DNA of 56,969 bases, the filler included, from Sluysia triapertura (taxonomy: Eukaryota), in assembly GCA_046118255.1 (NCBI GenBank). It is 4 parts of 4 records of this genome, joined end to end, with 100 filler letters (N's around TTAATTAATTAA, not from the genome) between each part and the next. Parts side by side here need not be neighbours in the genome. Positions count along the whole stretch, not along the records: positions 1 to 14,510 come from JBJNIA010256409.1; positions 14,611 to 29,134 come from JBJNIA010255853.1; 2 more parts are not named here. The stretch is one strand, 5' to 3'. Under the pieces are notes generated by a model. It was not told the origin of the DNA, did no database searches, and worked only from the letters and a program-made list of their open reading frames with translations. This document shows positions 12,901-26,329 of this stretch, one piece after another; positions within the stretch are counted from its first letter, which is position 1; each line of letters opens with the position of its first letter. The translations under genes and the position numbers were made by a program.

Positions 12901-14089
12901 TTTCTAATNNNNNNNNNNNNNNNNNNNNNNNNNNNNNNNNNNNNNNNNNNNNNNNNNNNNNNNNNNNNNNNNNNNNNNNNNNNNNNNNNNNNNNNNNNNN
13001 NNNNNNNNNNNNNNNNNNNNNNNNNNNNNNNNNNNNNNNAAATTAATAATGATAAAAATAATTTTAATTTTAATTTAATTTTTACAGTATTTCAATTTTT
13101 AACTGCTTGTAAAATTTGAGGAAGTTTGTGAATGTTTATGCGAAGTTAATTTCAGTGTTTGAAAATTTAAAAGCGTTATTAGAAGTTTGCAAATAAAAAC
13201 ATATAAAAATAAAAATAAAACTATTTCGATTTATAGTTTTATGTTTTATGTTTATGCATAACGTTTTTACTTATGCATTTATGCAAAAAATGATTTGTTT
13301 TATTACAATTTAAATTCTAAATATACTTATATTTAGAACATTAGTGATACTTTATTAATTACAATCTTAAATCTCAAATGAAAATTTTTATTTATATTTA
13401 TATTTGTTCCTGAAATCATCAATCTCTTTAACTATGCATCTTTTTCTTATGATGTATCAATATTATATTCATTTTATGCTTAGTAGTTAGATTATTTTTA
13501 TTAAAATAATTATTTTAAAAGATTATTTTAATTTTTTCCTATAACTTTATATATAAGTATCTCATTTAAAAACTATATCTAATATTACACAAGATAATGA
13601 AGCAGACTAATAAAAGGATTCTGTCTAATCTGAAATTATATTTATGAATTCCATCTTAAATTTCATAATTTTGTGTTTTAAAACTTTCTGTATTTTATGG
13701 TTACTTAGCTTGTAATATAAGAATTAAAGAATGTAATCTAGTATTAATTGATTTTACTACGTGAAGTTATAATAAAAATAAAATAATAATAATAATAATA
13801 ATAAAAATAATAATAAATTAATAAATATATAAATGTTTAAATACATATATAAAAAGATCAAAATGATTAAATAAGTTGAAAGATAAATTGATTAAAGTTT
13901 TAAAGAATGTATATTTTTGGTAAAATGGAACTCATTAGTTATCAAAACACATCAAAAATAATTACAAGAATGGCGTTTATTAGAATATTGATGGTTTTCA
14001 TTTTGTTTAAATGTTTTTATTAATTTTCATTGCATTTTGACAAAATACCCAAAATAACAAAATAACGAAATACCCAATAATTAAATTGT

Positions 14090-14436
14090 TCTTTAGATGG
14101 GGCACCCCTACATTATCATCGAGATTTTAGGTCCTTCTTGCTTTTGCCAAACAGGTGGATTGGACGAAGGGGTTTTGTTGAATATCCTCCCCTTTTGCCA
14201 GACCTTACATCACTAGATTTTGTCTTATTGGAATACCTAAAAGACAAAGTATATGCTAATAAACCTGCAACAATCGCTGAATTGAAGCAATTGAACATAA
14301 GTGTGGCAAAATAGCAAGGGGATTGTTTCATGATGCGTGCGATTCCATTTCTTGAGCAGTGACTGCTTGAGAACAGGCAGTGAACAAAAGCAATAAATGA
14401 TACTTGTAAATATTTTTACACTTTTAAATCAATAAA

Positions 14437-14484
<48 letters not shown>

Positions 14485-14510
14485 TTTGATGTGTATATAT
14501 ATTTTGGGAC
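14090..14510 (+). mobile_element. Tc1/mariner (rosa/DD41D-like) transposase 3' relic
   Basis: DGAPLHY...PNRWIGRRGFVEYPPLLPDLTSLDFVLLEYLKDKVYANKPATIAELK. Ends in TTTTGGGAC, a TIR-like start cut by the gap. Confidence 0.88.
14437..14485. repeat. (TAT)n microsatellite; similar tracts at 19435-19480, 19812-19852, (AT)n 44918-44949 and (AAT)n 53355-53425
   Basis: Directly visible simple repeats. Confidence 0.95.
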
Positions 14511-14610
14511 NNNNNNNNNNNNNNNNNNNNNNNNNNNNNNNNNNNNNNNNNNNNTTAATTAATTAANNNNNNNNNNNNNNNNNNNNNNNNNNNNNNNNNN
14601 NNNNNNNNNN
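14511..14610. other. Assembly gap with artificial stop linker (also 29135-29234 and 44812-44911); plain gaps at 11787-11990 and 12909-13040
   Basis: 44 N + TTAATTAATTAA + 44 N = 100 bp, identical in three places. Confidence 0.97.
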
Positions 14611-14778
14611 TATATATAATGTTCATACCCTTTCTTGGTATTGGAGATAAAAAGTCCTCAGTGATCTTATTCAGGTCGTTTGAAAAATCGTGGGCAGATA
14701 GTTGTGACGGTTCCAGTCCAGAGTTCCTCATATAAACTTATGCCCCTCTTCGAGGATTCTGAAATAATTTATATTTAA

Positions 14779-15007
14779 CCCTTTGTGTCCTATTTTATTT
14801 ACATTAAATCCTGTATAGGTCCTATCTAATTCCAGCGAAAACACAAAATTTTCACAATTAAACGCCTGACTCAAAAAACATACTCAAATCGAATTTTAAT
14901 TATTTATTTATTAATTTAATTACGTTTGTGTTATATTTATGTATAATTATGTATAATTATATGAAAATTTCAATGTTGTGGCTTCCCCGACAGTGGACCG
15001 CAAAGGT
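14779..15007. mobile_element. piggyBac-type MITE (229 bp)
   Basis: TTAA|CCCTTTGTGTCC ... GGACCGCAAAGGT|TTAA: imperfect TIRs with TTAA on both sides. Confidence 0.75.
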
Positions 15008-15931
15008 TTAATATTAAGTTTTTTATTTTCCAATTGAAATTCTTATTGATTTAGATTTAATGTCTTTTAATTCAGTCGATCTTTTTTGTCTATGATTTTA
15101 ATCAATTAAAAATTAGATTTATTTTCACCTTTACAGATGTTTTATGCTTTCGACAATTTTTACTTCAGTGTTTGTATAACATTTTAGCCCTCATTAAGTC
15201 GGGCGAAAATAACAAAAGTATATAAGGATTATTTAAAATTAAAAGAAAAAATGACTAAGAATTAGGTTTTATTTTCGATTTGATTATATTTAAGAAAGGT
15301 TCATGAAGAGTTAAACAATTGAGTTAAATTTGTATCTAGAATTTTCAAAATGGCGAATAAAAATTTAGCATAATTAAACCCCTTAATAAATGTTATGATT
15401 TTGTTATGAAATTATTGTCAAATTTATACTGATTTCCGACTAATCATAACTTGATGTAGGAGAAAGAATTTTTCCCCTTTGTTAGTATTGATTATTTTTT
15501 ATTATAACCCACTTACTACGGTAGGTAATATATTATTATCATTATTACATTATCTTTTAATAATTTTTTAGTTATGATGGCAACCGAACACAATAAATAA
15601 TTAATTTTAGTAAAATTAAATGTTTCTACTCTAAGAAAAATACACACAAACACAATTATGTACCACATTTTTGTGAAATAATGTCAATAATTTATATGAT
15701 ATAATAATATGTTTCACTATACATTGAATAATATACAGTGCATTTAAATATCTTAAGTAAATCTAATATTGAAGCTTTACTTATGATAAGAATATAAATA
15801 TTTATAAATAAATATTTATAAAACATTTTATATGTGGTAATAAATTAATAATTTTGAAATAATTTAAATACTAGTAAATAACTCAAATTTTCGCTGGAAA
15901 CTTTAACATGTGAACTTTTTTTATTAAATAG

Positions 15932-16457
15932 GTTTTCTCGCCTTCGTGGCCACGGTCACTCAAAACGAGTTGATTCATCTGCTGTGGGTGGTACTATTAA
16001 TACAGAAAATAAAGTAGATACTTCATTACAAATGCAACAACAATTACAAAACCAAGAACAAAAGCGCATTCCAGATAATATCGATGTTCGTGGTGATTCA
16101 CCAATCGATGACTATGAAGACGAATTAGAAGGTGGTGGGTCTGGTTTAGGTAAACATCGTGGTAGTCAAGGCAATAGTAGTTACAGTAGTGGAAGTAAAG
16201 GATTTGGAACTGTAAGTGTTGGTGGTGGGGCTGGTGGTGGTGGTGGAACGAGTAAACGACAAGAATTATCTTCTATAGCAGATGATCCTTCTTTGGGGGG
16301 TGTCAGTGGTGGTGTGTTAATGGAACCATCAGTGCGTACAAATTCAACTTATGAAATTTCATTGGATTCGCAGAATTCATTGAAACACCAACATCAACAA
16401 CAATTGATAAATCAAGGAATTATGTCAATGAATCATGAAGATGAAGTTGAAAGCGAG
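15932..16457 (+). CDS. Gly/Ser/Gln-rich low-complexity exon
   Basis: AATAG|G acceptor (phase 2), frame FSRLRGHGHSKRVD... continuous with ORF 15984, donor GAG|GTTTAA (phase 0) compatible with the exon at 20151. Confidence 0.8.
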
Positions 16458-19434
16458 GTTTAATTTTGAAATGTTATTTAAAATTTGTAAAAATTAAAAA
16501 GTATTATTAAAAATTATTAATAACCTATCAAATTTTTGCATTATTCTAGAGTGAACATTGTACTCTAAGAATTTTTTTAGAGATACGAATTTTCCAATTT
16601 TAAATAATTGCAGTAAACATTATGTATTACCAAAAACTTAAAAATTTATTTTGTAAATGATGTCGTTCTTTTTCTAAAAGTATGTATTAGATTTAGAGTC
16701 TTGGTGTAATGAAACAAATGCAGATGTTAAAAATGCCGAATAGTCAAACTTAATGAATAATCAATATTGTCTATCATTATGTTATATCATGTATTTTACT
16801 ATTATTATTTTTTGTTTCATTGTTATTCTACAATTCATTATTACCAATTCCTTCAATTGCTTTTATTGCTGTTATTATTATCGTTGCACACTTTTTACAT
16901 TAGTAACATCATCGCTTTCTACTTCACATAACTACTTTTACATACTCTTTTTCTCAGATAATGCTGGAAACGATTTTTTAATCTCCATTTTATAAAAATT
17001 AAAAATGCATTTAAAATAAATGAAAATTATACTATAGCAATTAATTAATAAATTAATCATAAATAAAATCTTAATCAATAAAATTAATGTCTGTTTTATA
17101 TTTTAAAGAAACTTCTAACCCGTTTTTGTTTTCGTAAAAGTAGTATTAAATTTCATTCAATATTAAATTTAAAATCTTTTATAGTCTGATTTTAATTTTT
17201 TTCATCCAGTCTTCTATTATCTCCGATCCATCCCCAAAGTTCTTAAACTTAAACTCGTTAACGCATGTATTCTCAATGCCTTTTTAAAGTTAATTTTAAA
17301 TTAATCACTATCTTAAACAAAAACCTGGAACCATCAATTAATCCTTTTTATATATTTAAGGCCAGGCGAAAACAGTTGAATTATATTAAAGAACATCAAA
17401 TTTGACCTGAGGTCCAATCTAATTGAATTAAAACAAAAATGAATTATAAAATCATAATAACAAATAAAAACAAACATCAATGTTGGATAAATCGTTCATT
17501 AACACGCGCTTCTACATAAGGTTACTTGATCAGGACTATGCTACCGATTCTTGATCCAAAGAACAGTCGATAGAAAGTGCTGGGTACCACCAATTTCTGT
17601 TTTAACGATCGGTAACTGAAACAATTGAACAGTCTTAGTCCTAGGTCGTTTGTAATTTTTAAAATATTCCTTTAGGTGTACCAAATTAGTTTCAAATATT
17701 CTTCGTCTATTTTGATGCTGCAAAGATCTACATGATCCAGAAACAGACCTCAAAAACAATCGAATAGAAACTTCCACATTTGATTACCAGGAATTAAAAA
17801 CAACACATTTGTCAATTATTTCTAAAACAATATTTAATTAGAGTTTGAAAAAAGCATTTTAATTGAGTACTTATCTTTTCATAGCACAACATTTAGAGGA
17901 TTTGAACATCCCTAAGAACAGTTGAAGCACAAATATCGATTTAAATGATTTGTCAAAAAATCTAAGTGAACCATAAATGAAGAATTACGTAAATCTTTTT
18001 TATACAAAATTGCTATATTTTCATATTGTTTCTTAATTTTATTACACTATTCAGAAATTGGACAGAACTTTCTTACTGAAGTTTTAAAATTAATTTCAAT
18101 AGAAAACTCAACTGTTCCATTATTTCATGTTTATAGTTTAAATTTCATTGGTTTTGAAAAATAATAACAAAATGTTGAAATGCTATTCCAATTTATTTTT
18201 AAATTCATAGTTATAATTTAACTATTTATTGAGTAATAGTAAATATCAACTTTTCTTTACTTTTTATGGTAATTTATTAATTTTTTATTATTAATCTTTA
18301 CTTTTGACTAAAGAGATGTAAATTTATTGGTCCTATCACATCTGGGTTTGCGATCATTGTTTCCAATTTTGTTTTTATAATTTCCTTATTTAATTGATAA
18401 TTCCTATAAATTAATAGTGTTAGAATTTTTACAATGGTGCCAGTCCAAGACACGGGAAAGGCAGTTTTATTGGAATAATTATATAATTATATAATCTCTG
18501 TCTTACCTTTTTAATAAATATTCCTTGATAATTGGTACTAATTACAAAACATTTTAATACACATACAATTCCATCCTTTGTTTTTTGGTTTCTTTATAGA
18601 ATTTAAATTGCATAAAATTTTCCAAATATAAAAAAAGTCCGCGCACCGTATTAAAATAATGATTTTTATGTAAGAAAATATCCTCAAACAATTATTCTTC
18701 AAAATAAAGACCATAATTGTCCACAATCTTTTGACAATGAACTGCAAGCTTTCGGATTTATTAAAAGTACCACTGCTTCGGTTTTGTACAGAAAAATTCA
18801 ATTTCATCGAATGACTCAAATCGGCGACCTTTTACAAAGAAGACGTCGTCAGATGCCACAATGTTTGGATTACAGGCTAGATGTGACAGAATTCTTGCAC
18901 CATCCATTAGTGGTAGTGTATGACTTAGAATTGTCTTATTGAATAAAAGAGTGTTTACGACGAACAGGACTGGGTGCATTGTTATGAACATAACTCAATA
19001 TTCATCAAACACACACATACGCACAGAGTGATTCACCATTAAACATGACATGAACTGAATAAACACACACCACAAAAATATAAAAATCATTATTTTAACT
19101 CAATAAGTGCGCTTGTTTGATTAAACATTGTGGTTTTCAAAAGAATCAATATGTATTAGAAATTATTAACTCTACATACAAGAACTGATGTTCCAGTATC
19201 AAATTCTATTCGTTATTTTTCATGGTTCCAATACAGGACAAAATTTGAAAACTAATGATGAAATCTATTTTCTTCAACTGCATCATCACTATCTTATCTG
19301 TTTCTGTCGCAGTTGTGGTATATATTTAAAATCTCTATATTGTTTCTTTTTATGTAAAACATCAATAACCTTTATTTGAATCTAATGATCATGGCACTTT
19401 ATTAATTTTCCAAAAATACCGGTATTTTTGTCGA

Positions 19435-19479
<45 letters not shown>

Positions 19480-19811
19480 ATTATCGTTTCGATATTATTA
19501 AAATGCTCGATAGCTCCAGTATGCTTGTATTGGAACCCGTAGTTATTTTGTAGTTAGGAACTTGTATCGTGACATTTGTGCTGGAGTTAAATGTTTCGCT
19601 CCACATTTTAAACTCTCTTGTAATATCCTATATACGTTATTCCATCTAAATTATAATTACAATTTATGCAGAATCCATTTTTTGCTTTCGGTATAACTCC
19701 GAATTACAAAGTAGTAGTGGTAATATTTTATTTTGTAAATTATTAAATCATTAATTAATTTTTATAATTAAATCTCTTAAAGAAAATTAAGTTAAACTGC
19801 AAAAACTAATA

Positions 19812-19850
<39 letters not shown>

Positions 19851-19909
19851 CATATTGTATTATATTACCGCAAACAAAAATTTAAAAGTTGAATTAATGT
19901 ATATTAAAG

Positions 19910-19995
19910 CAAAATGATAAGGTAGACACGCCACACATTTGCAACGCTGTGCTCAAAAGCAAGAACTGATGCGTCGCTGTTATCGAACTTGTTAA
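19910..19995 (-). mobile_element. piggyBac-like terminus, inverted copy of 11462-11560
   Basis: GGTAGACACGCCACACATTTGC...GCTCAAAAGCAA...GAACTTG|TTAA. Confidence 0.7.
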
Positions 19996-20150
19996 ATAAT
20001 CAATATATTATTTCAAGAATTTAAGATAATACATAATGAAATCATAAAGTATGAAATTTCGTAATAATACATTATATTTAAAATAATTTATTTAAATGTG
20101 TGTTACATGATTGAATTAAGTTTACCTTATTAATTAATTTGGTTTTGTAG

Positions 20151-20575
20151 ATACCGCTAAATTCGTTACCTTGTTTACAAGTGACAAATGACCATCGATA
20201 CATAAACGATAATCAATCACATGAACTCATGTCTATGCCGGTACAATTTCCTTCGTACTTACCACCAGCTCCACCTCCTCCACCTCCACCTATGCTACCT
20301 AGTACGCAGGAAGATTTTATATTGCATCCAAATGATGATGGCTGCAGTGTAAAAACTACGTCTACATATGAGGTTCTTCTTTCTGAATCATCGCCAAAAT
20401 CACAAGCACAATACCAGCAACAATCATCAAAAGCCGTAATGTCTTCATTTGGTCAAATTAATCAAAAGAACAGTCAAAGTTTATCATCATCTCCATCTCC
20501 ACCTTCGCAAGTGAAATCTTCTGGAACTGTTTTAAAATCAAGTCATCAAATAGAAACAGAAATAATGACTGAAGA
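20151..20575 (+). CDS. Pro/Ser-rich exon (polyproline PPAPPPPPPP)
   Basis: TTTTGTAG|ATA acceptor in frame with ORF 20181; donor GA|GTACGT (phase 2) matches the phase-2 acceptor at 23299. Confidence 0.82.
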
Positions 20576-21374
20576 GTACGTGACGCATTTTTATTACATA
20601 TTCAATGAAAACTCGAAAACAATAGAAATTAATTATTTCTTAAAAATAGCACTTTGTTATTTAATTCAAAAATTATAATTTAAAATGTATTGATATAAAA
20701 TGAAAATTTTATTACTATTGTAAATATTTCAATAAGTTATCCTTTACATGTGATGGTTATAGATTGTGTTTAATTTAATCTCACGTTCTGATTCTTAGTC
20801 TTCAATTCTCCTCGAAATTTATTCTTGAAAACTTTCAAGTTCTGTTTCTTCATAAAATTTTGAACATATATTTAGTGTAAAAATCGATAATTTATTTGTA
20901 TTTCTTAAATAGTTTACTATTAATACAAATGTTATATTTATGTTTATAATTTACTTCAAGGTTTATTCTCTACAATTCTTGACTTAATGAGTTTCAAAAT
21001 CTTAATTATTGATCGGATAACTCTATTTAAATCATTTTCTACTTGGAATCTTTTTTAAATTTAACCTAGAAAATGAGTTCGTTACTCGATAATGAGTTTT
21101 CCACTGAACCGTATATCTATAATGCAAAATTAATCAGATAACATCACTCTTCGCGTAATTATTCGATTAATTCCATTATGATAGTGTCATGTAAGTGGAA
21201 TTAATGATTCTAGGTTGACCAAATAAAATCACAAATCAGTGCTTCATCTTGTGAAATGCAAAATTTCTGTCTTTTAAAAACGATGTGAATTATTTTATAC
21301 AGATATAGTTATTTATATACTTATTTAATATTGCAAGAATTGGGTTTGTTTTGCTTTGTTTTAATTTTCTTAAT

Positions 21375-21464
21375 TTATGTGGTGAGTTCCTGACAATCTT
21401 AGTCTTACTCACTAAGGGCTAATTTGTAAGTACCAATCAAAGAAGAAATAATTGGAGGTAAATA
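21375..21464 (+). repeat. Short repeat family S, copy 3 (diverged)
   Basis: GGTGAGTTCC...CTTACTCACTAAGGGCT...TTGGAGGTAAATA. Confidence 0.6.
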
Positions 21465-23298
21465 AGATTTTTAAACGTTAGCAATCGAAGTAAAATTAAT
21501 CTCTTTCTTTGAAAACTAATTGTAATTTGATAACAATTGACATAAAAAATGGTATCTCAAATCGTCTTCCTTTTAATATTTGGTATCAGATAAGTCTTAA
21601 TTAAATCCTTTAGAAACTATAAACAAAATTGATAATTTACGTAATATATTATGACCGTATTATAAAAACGGCATCTAAAAATTATTAAGGCTTTTTTTAA
21701 TAATGAATTTAAATATAATTTGCGACCGGGTAAAACCGACGTACCTTATGTGTAATCTTGTCAAGAATATATTTAAAAATTGTATGATATATATATATTA
21801 AACACAAATGACAAAAATTTTACTAAAAATTAACAATTCACTTAATAATAATAATTAATTTATAAGATTATAGTATAATCAAACTCTAGGATTTTAAATT
21901 AGATTTTGCATTTTCCAAATTAAAAGGGGCGATTAAAATAACCTTTAAAGATTTTACGTATATTTTACGCACTATGAAAAATAGGCCAAACATAAAAAGG
22001 AAAACTAACGATTAACAATAGAAAATCCAAATGGAAATATGGAACCAAGAAAAATGTTTATTATCCAAAAATGAAACTTCAAGAATCCAGAAAATTGTGT
22101 ATGAAATTAACTCGATAGTGATCAACTGAAAATTTTATATCCCCAAAAATTATGTTTTTAAAAATTTGTGTTTGAAAGTTGTGTGATTTATGTAAAATTA
22201 ATGTAGCTTTTATAGCTACTTGAATGTCCTTCAGAATTTAAAACAAAGAATTAAAATTTCGTAATATATTTTAAATTATTTTTTTATAATTATATAATAA
22301 AAATAATAATATTTTATGAAAATAATAATAATATTAATGCCATAAATATATTTTTTAATCAATGTTTTATTTTTAAATTTTTAAAGTAATTGGTTTAACA
22401 GATTATTGATTAAAACATATATTATATACTAAAATTTATTTTAACAAATTATTGACATAATTAATTATTGATTGAATGTATACTACATACAAATTACATA
22501 CATGTAAATTTAGTTTATTTATTCTCCTGCATATCACTAAAAATAATTAAATTTAATATTAGAAAATTATTACCTTAATTATTTTCAATAAATAAACTAT
22601 TCCTTAAACATGTACATAAACTTTTACTTAATTTTTGGGCTTAATCTTAAAGTATATTTTCTGTTCAAACTATTAATGTTTTTAATTATTCAATGAACAT
22701 ACCTAATCAATAATCACACATTTTAATTTTATATTATCATTCAACATATATTTTGTATAATCATTATTATCATTTATTCATTCAACACTATCATATTTGC
22801 ACTTTTTGTTATCTTATTGTTATTTATACTATCAAATTTCTTGATGTGATAAATTATGTTCAATTTATATATTATGTCAGACATTTTCGTTGGAAATGTC
22901 AGACCAATTTTATAAAATAAGGCTTGAAAATGTCTGGGTGAGAAGCGCCCACTTTATAATCGCATTGAATGAAAATTATAAAATTATTGATGATAGTAAT
23001 TATAATAGGTACGAAGATATGAACTTGAATATTAAAAAAGATTTATTTAAATAAAACCTTTAATTTAATTAGAAAATAAATTATAACTTTTTATTATAAA
23101 TTTTTTGAGGCTTTAAAGTAAAAAATTATTTCTAGAATATAGTTTGAAATAAAATAACTTAACGAAATATGTTTCTCGTTCTAAAAGTTTTCTCTAAGAT
23201 AATTGTAATCATAATATCTACTTTAATATAATTAAATGAAATTCTTGAAATTATTATTTATTAAAAAAACATCGCAATTACAAATAGTTTTATTTCAG

Positions 23299-23752
23299 AA
23301 ATGGTCCGATATCTTTATATATACCTCCAAAAGATGATCAATGCAATGATAAAAAAGAACAAGTTGCCAATTCGTTGGTTTCAGAAAAAGGTGACTTCGA
23401 AACTCTAATGCCAAAACCGAAATTAGAAGATAAACAACATTTGAAAGAAAAACAAGAAATGCATGAACAATCAACATTACGAAATATTGTTGATAACTCG
23501 AATATCCCAGATAATATTAATAATAATAGTGAATGTGTGGATGAGTTGCTTAGTTACACAATGATGACACCTCCAATTGATGATGAAGTTCCCAATCAAT
23601 GTGCTATCAAAAGTAAATTACCAATTTCTACAAATATTCAAACTACTTCTACTGTTGACACTACCAGTACTGCAACAGTGACAAAGAAATCGTCTATTCC
23701 AAGTCCTAGTATGGATTTTTATTTAACAAAGATGAATAAGTTTATAAAATAA
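23299..23752 (+). CDS. Terminal coding exon (Ser/Thr/Asn-rich)
   Basis: TTTCAG|A acceptor completes the GA|A Glu codon; frame NGPISLYIPPKDD... is continuous with ORF 23375 to the TAA stop. Confidence 0.8.
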
Positions 23753-25299
23753 ATAATTTTTATCATAATTATTTTGATGATTACTCTGCCAGCTTTATCA
23801 TTATTAGGCATTTAACTTACAATAATAATTTTAAAGTGCTTAATGTAAATATTGTTACTTTTCTTCAATATTCTTTAGTATTTTATGATTCCATTCATCT
23901 ACATGAAGAAATAATGAATCTTAATTGTCACCATAAATATAAAATGAATATTGAGAGTTTATAATGTAAAAAATAATAATTCGTTGATTTTGAATTTTAA
24001 AAGGTATAAAATTGGATTTTAAAACCCTAAACGGATATTAATTGAATTGAAAATTTTACATCCGCTTTATTTATTTAACTTTATTTATATCTATACTTTT
24101 GTACTTTGTTTAAAGTTAGTAATAAGTAGTAATATTATGAAATATTTTATTTCAATTTACATTGTTTTTCATTAATATTAAGTATTTCAAAGTGACATTT
24201 TGTCTACGTGTACTTGTCACAATGCTTTAATTAGTACTTTTGTAATTTACTTCAAAAAATTTTCTTTTGTTCTACCTAAACTTGATTATTAATACTTTTA
24301 TAATAGTATGATTGTTGTAATGATGAGAACATTGTTGAACTACTTTGTGCGAAAGAATTTTTAAAGATTTTATGATATAATAAAATGAATTTGAAAATTA
24401 TGTACTTGATTTATTATTTATCATATTCCCTAAAAATATTTATTTTTATTTATTTTCTTAAACTAAAACTAAACTCTATCTTTTAATAATGAAATAAAAT
24501 AAACTTTCGACTACTAAGAATGTTCAATTTTTAATTATCGTCAAATAATAAAATTCAAGTTATACCATATAATTAACGTACAATAACTTGTCTGTGTTGA
24601 TGAGATAGAAATGTAAAAATTTTTAACTTTTAAATATTTTTCTAAATCTAAAAGCCAAATATTCTATTTTATTTGTATTTTGATATAAACAAGACAAGTT
24701 ATAATTATACGAAATGTTCAATAAATTCTTTAGAATTTATTTTAAGTTTTTAATTTCAATATTATTAGTTTTACTTTATCATCATAAATCAATATAACTA
24801 ATAAGATCAACTAACCAAAGTTCATGTCGACATCAAAGATTAATAGTAATATTGAAACCAAAACACAACTAAATAATAATGATAATTATAATTGTAATAG
24901 TATTAATAATAATTGTAATAATAATAATAATAGTTATAGTAATAAAATTGTAACCAAAGCACAACCAAATAATAATTGCTTTTCCATTTAATCAATCCAT
25001 AAATATACATAAATAAAATTTATTGAAGTATTTTCATTTATTGTTTAAGATTTATACAATAAAATAAATATTAAGTTAAATTTTGATTTGATATAAATGT
25101 AAATGTGTTATACGCAGATAAATCTGGTAAAGTATGAAATAAAATAAATCCAATAAATTCTATAATAAACTAATAATAAGTTTATATTAGGAGTTTAAAG
25201 ATGTAATAATATTTTTTGCAAACTAACAATAAAAAGGAGCTCATAGTTTAGTTAAAAGGTAAGAGCACTTGATGATTGATTAAAATCATCGGAAATATA

Positions 25300-26091
25300 T
25301 TAACTTTGTAATGGCCGGGTTATATTGTTATTAATTTTGAAGTTAAAAGTTATAAATTCAATATTAAGAAAAATGGACTTAAGGTCCTTATAGCTGTGAG
25401 AATATTGCAATTTAAAATCGTTTAAGACACCGTAACAATTAACAAAAATATATTCAATATTAACACTAAAAACATCATATACGTAATGTAATTCAATATT
25501 TTTAAATTCGTTAATAAAAACATCATTAACATAATATACTTTAAAGTCTTTAAGGTTATCACGCATCTCTGGCAACTCAAATTCTGTAGAAATATGAAGA
25601 AAAATTTGATAAACAAGCTTGAATACTTCACCTTCGTTAACTATCTCTTCCATTGAAACATATTCAAACAGTTCTCTTTCGGGTGCATGCACTAAGCCAA
25701 AATTCACATTATTTAAAGTCTCGAACATATCGTAGGTCTTGATAACATGTGGATGGTTTAGCCTCATCAACATTTCAAATTCCAGTTCAACGCCTTCTTT
25801 TGAAGCTCCTCTTCTTAAATTAAGAGTGCGCTTCTTCGTTACAACTTTCGCAACATACTGAATCTTAGTAGCCTTGTACTCACAAACACTAACAACAGCA
25901 AATCTTCTTCTAGCAATCAATTCTTCAAAATCATTTCCATTTTTAAACTTTCTATATTTAATGTCGCATTTTTGAAAAATAGGCCTCATGGGCGGAAACC
26001 ATTTCTTGTCTTCTATCATGTCTTTACGTACTTGAAAAAGATCTAAAATGGTTAGTAAATTAAACCTTCCACTGTTAGGTTGTCTAGACAT
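25300..26091 (-). CDS. DAPK1: Intronless 263-aa ORF: DAPK-family kinase N-lobe fused to an unrelated C-terminus (truncated pseudokinase or retrocopy)
   Basis: RFAVVSVCEYKATKIQYVAKVVTKKR..RRGASKEGVELEFEML..LNHPHVI matches DAPK [49 protein letters not shown]. The Gly loop is degenerate (ARRRF) and there is no HRD or DFG. Confidence 0.8.
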   Translation of the reverse strand: MSRQPNSGRFNLLTILDLFQVRKDMIEDKKWFPPMRPIFQKCDIKYRKFKNGNDFEELIARRRFAVVSVCEYKATKIQYVAKVVTKKRTLNLRRGASKEGVELEFEMLMRLNHPHVIKTYDMFETLNNVNFGLVHAPERELFEYVSMEEIVNEGEVFKLVYQIFLHISTEFELPEMRDNLKDFKVYYVNDVFINEFKNIELHYVYDVFSVNIEYIFVNCYGVLNDFKLQYSHSYKDLKSIFLNIEFITFNFKINNNITRPLQS

Positions 26092-26329
26092 GTTTCGTTA
26101 TGCTTTTCTATAACAATTAAAATAGAATAATTCAATTAAAAGTCTTTCAAAATATCCGTAAATGTCTTATTATTGGACCATTACCGAATTCGTTTTAAAA
26201 CTTTTTAACATTCAAATTGTCTTTGTTTTTTGAAATGTAATTATAAACTATGATACTTAAACAAAAAATGCTGTAACTTAAAATCTATTAATAGTAGTAG
26301 TAATAGTAACAATAATAGTGCTAAATACA

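Noticed and set aside
14555-14566. Recurrent palindrome TTAATTAATTAA within N runs
   Set aside because: Artificial six-frame-stop linker centred in 100-bp gaps, not biological.
16830-16900. Alternative genetic code (TAA read as Gln), suggested by TAA inside Gln-like runs and in other relics
   Set aside because: The intact exons use CAA/CAG, contain no internal TAA and end in TAA; C-to-T decay in pseudogenes that also carry frameshifts explains the pattern.
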